From NCBI GenBank assembly GCA_038087875.1, contig CM075988.1:2108001-2172000 (forward strand): a stretch of DNA of 64,000 bases, in the 5' to 3' direction. A program made the translations under genes and the position numbers. Below, piece after piece: positions 63,081 through 64,000 of this stretch. Positions within the stretch are counted from its first letter, which is position 1. Each line of letters opens with the position of its first letter. Below the pieces are notes generated by a model, which saw only the letters and a list, made by a program, of their open reading frames with translations, was not told the origin of the DNA and made no database searches. Origin of the DNA: Malacoraja senta. Lineage: Eukaryota.

Positions 63081-64000
63081 GACTCAACTCCGTCGAAGGA
63101 CCCCTAACTGTCTTGTGTTCCTTAAATTTGTGATCTTTTATTTCGATTAAAATAGGCATCTCTCCTCTGCAATTTAAGAAAGGTAAGAGGGAAACCAAGG
63201 AACAGTTTATTTTACAGTAATGCTGGTACAGCACAGTGACACAGTCCGACAGCTCCATTTTCACAATCTTCCTGTGGACAAAGTCAGTCAATTTTATTTG
63301 TCACATGCACCCAAAGGTGCAGTGAATGAATTTGCCAGCAGCGATACACTTAAAAGAACACACAATACACAATAAAACATCCACCACAGCATTCTTCACT
63401 GTGGTGGAAGGCAACAAAGTTCAGCCAGTCCTCCTCCTTTGTTCACCCGTGGTCGGGGCCATAAATCCTCCGTAGTTGCCGCTACAGATGGCCCGATGTA
63501 CAGGCCCACTCATCGGGATGATCCAAACTCCGACATCGGAACGGTCAAACACACTCCGCGGCTTCTGGATAATATAGGCTGCGGGCCGGCGGTCAGAGTT
63601 CTTCTCCAGCGATCCCTGCAATGGATCTCAGGCTCCGGATGGTAAGGCCACGCCACGCCCACGGCTAGAAGCTCCGTAGACCACAGCCTCCACGGTACCA
63701 AAGTCACCAAGCCAGCGATCGGAGCACTCCTCTCTGGCGACCAGGGCCAGCCTTAGGAGGTGCGGGGCCCAATTGGGAACAATTTTGGTGAGCCCCAGGT
63801 CCCAGCCAAGGTCTGTAGAATCATAGAAATATAAATAAAGTCTATTATAGACTTTATATCTCTACGGTAGAATGGAAAGTAATCAAAATGTGCGCTTAAA
63901 CAGTGCCTGCGAGTTAATGGACCAAACAGATCTAAGCTAATTTTAATATCAAATTGCATACATGTAAGCCTACAAGTAACAAACAAAATTGTAGATCACC

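Noticed and set aside
63835..63857. 10-bp-stem hairpin ATAAAGTCTA-TTA-TAGACTTTAT
   Set aside because: AT-rich and isolated; could arise by chance in 64 kb

Overview
Eukaryotic, almost entirely repeat-derived DNA, most likely from a cartilaginous fish such as a skate or ray (inferred from HE1/V-SINE-like SINEs, very abundant CR1 LINEs and Penelope-like elements). I found no host protein-coding gene. The window is a nested stack of mobile elements: a Gypsy LTR element whose short LTR is split by a DIRS1-type tyrosine-recombinase retrotransposon; three diverged DIRS1-type copies (two complete with ITR/ICR architecture); many CR1 LINEs; an L1-clade ORF2 interrupted by a PIF/Harbinger deletion derivative; a Harbinger-like MITE; Rex1-like, L2-like and Vingi-like fragments; Penelope-like elements with minimal hammerhead ribozyme cores; and a ~8.8-kb region of 64-bp satellite that runs into tandem Helitron-like 3' ends. 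The most interesting observation is that in all three DIRS copies the RT-RNaseH-methyltransferase ORF is bounded by a phase-0 GT...AG pair. Splicing it out would join the RT start codon in frame to the tyrosine recombinase ORF, suggesting a splicing switch between RT and recombinase. All family assignments come from motif recognition by eye, not database searches.
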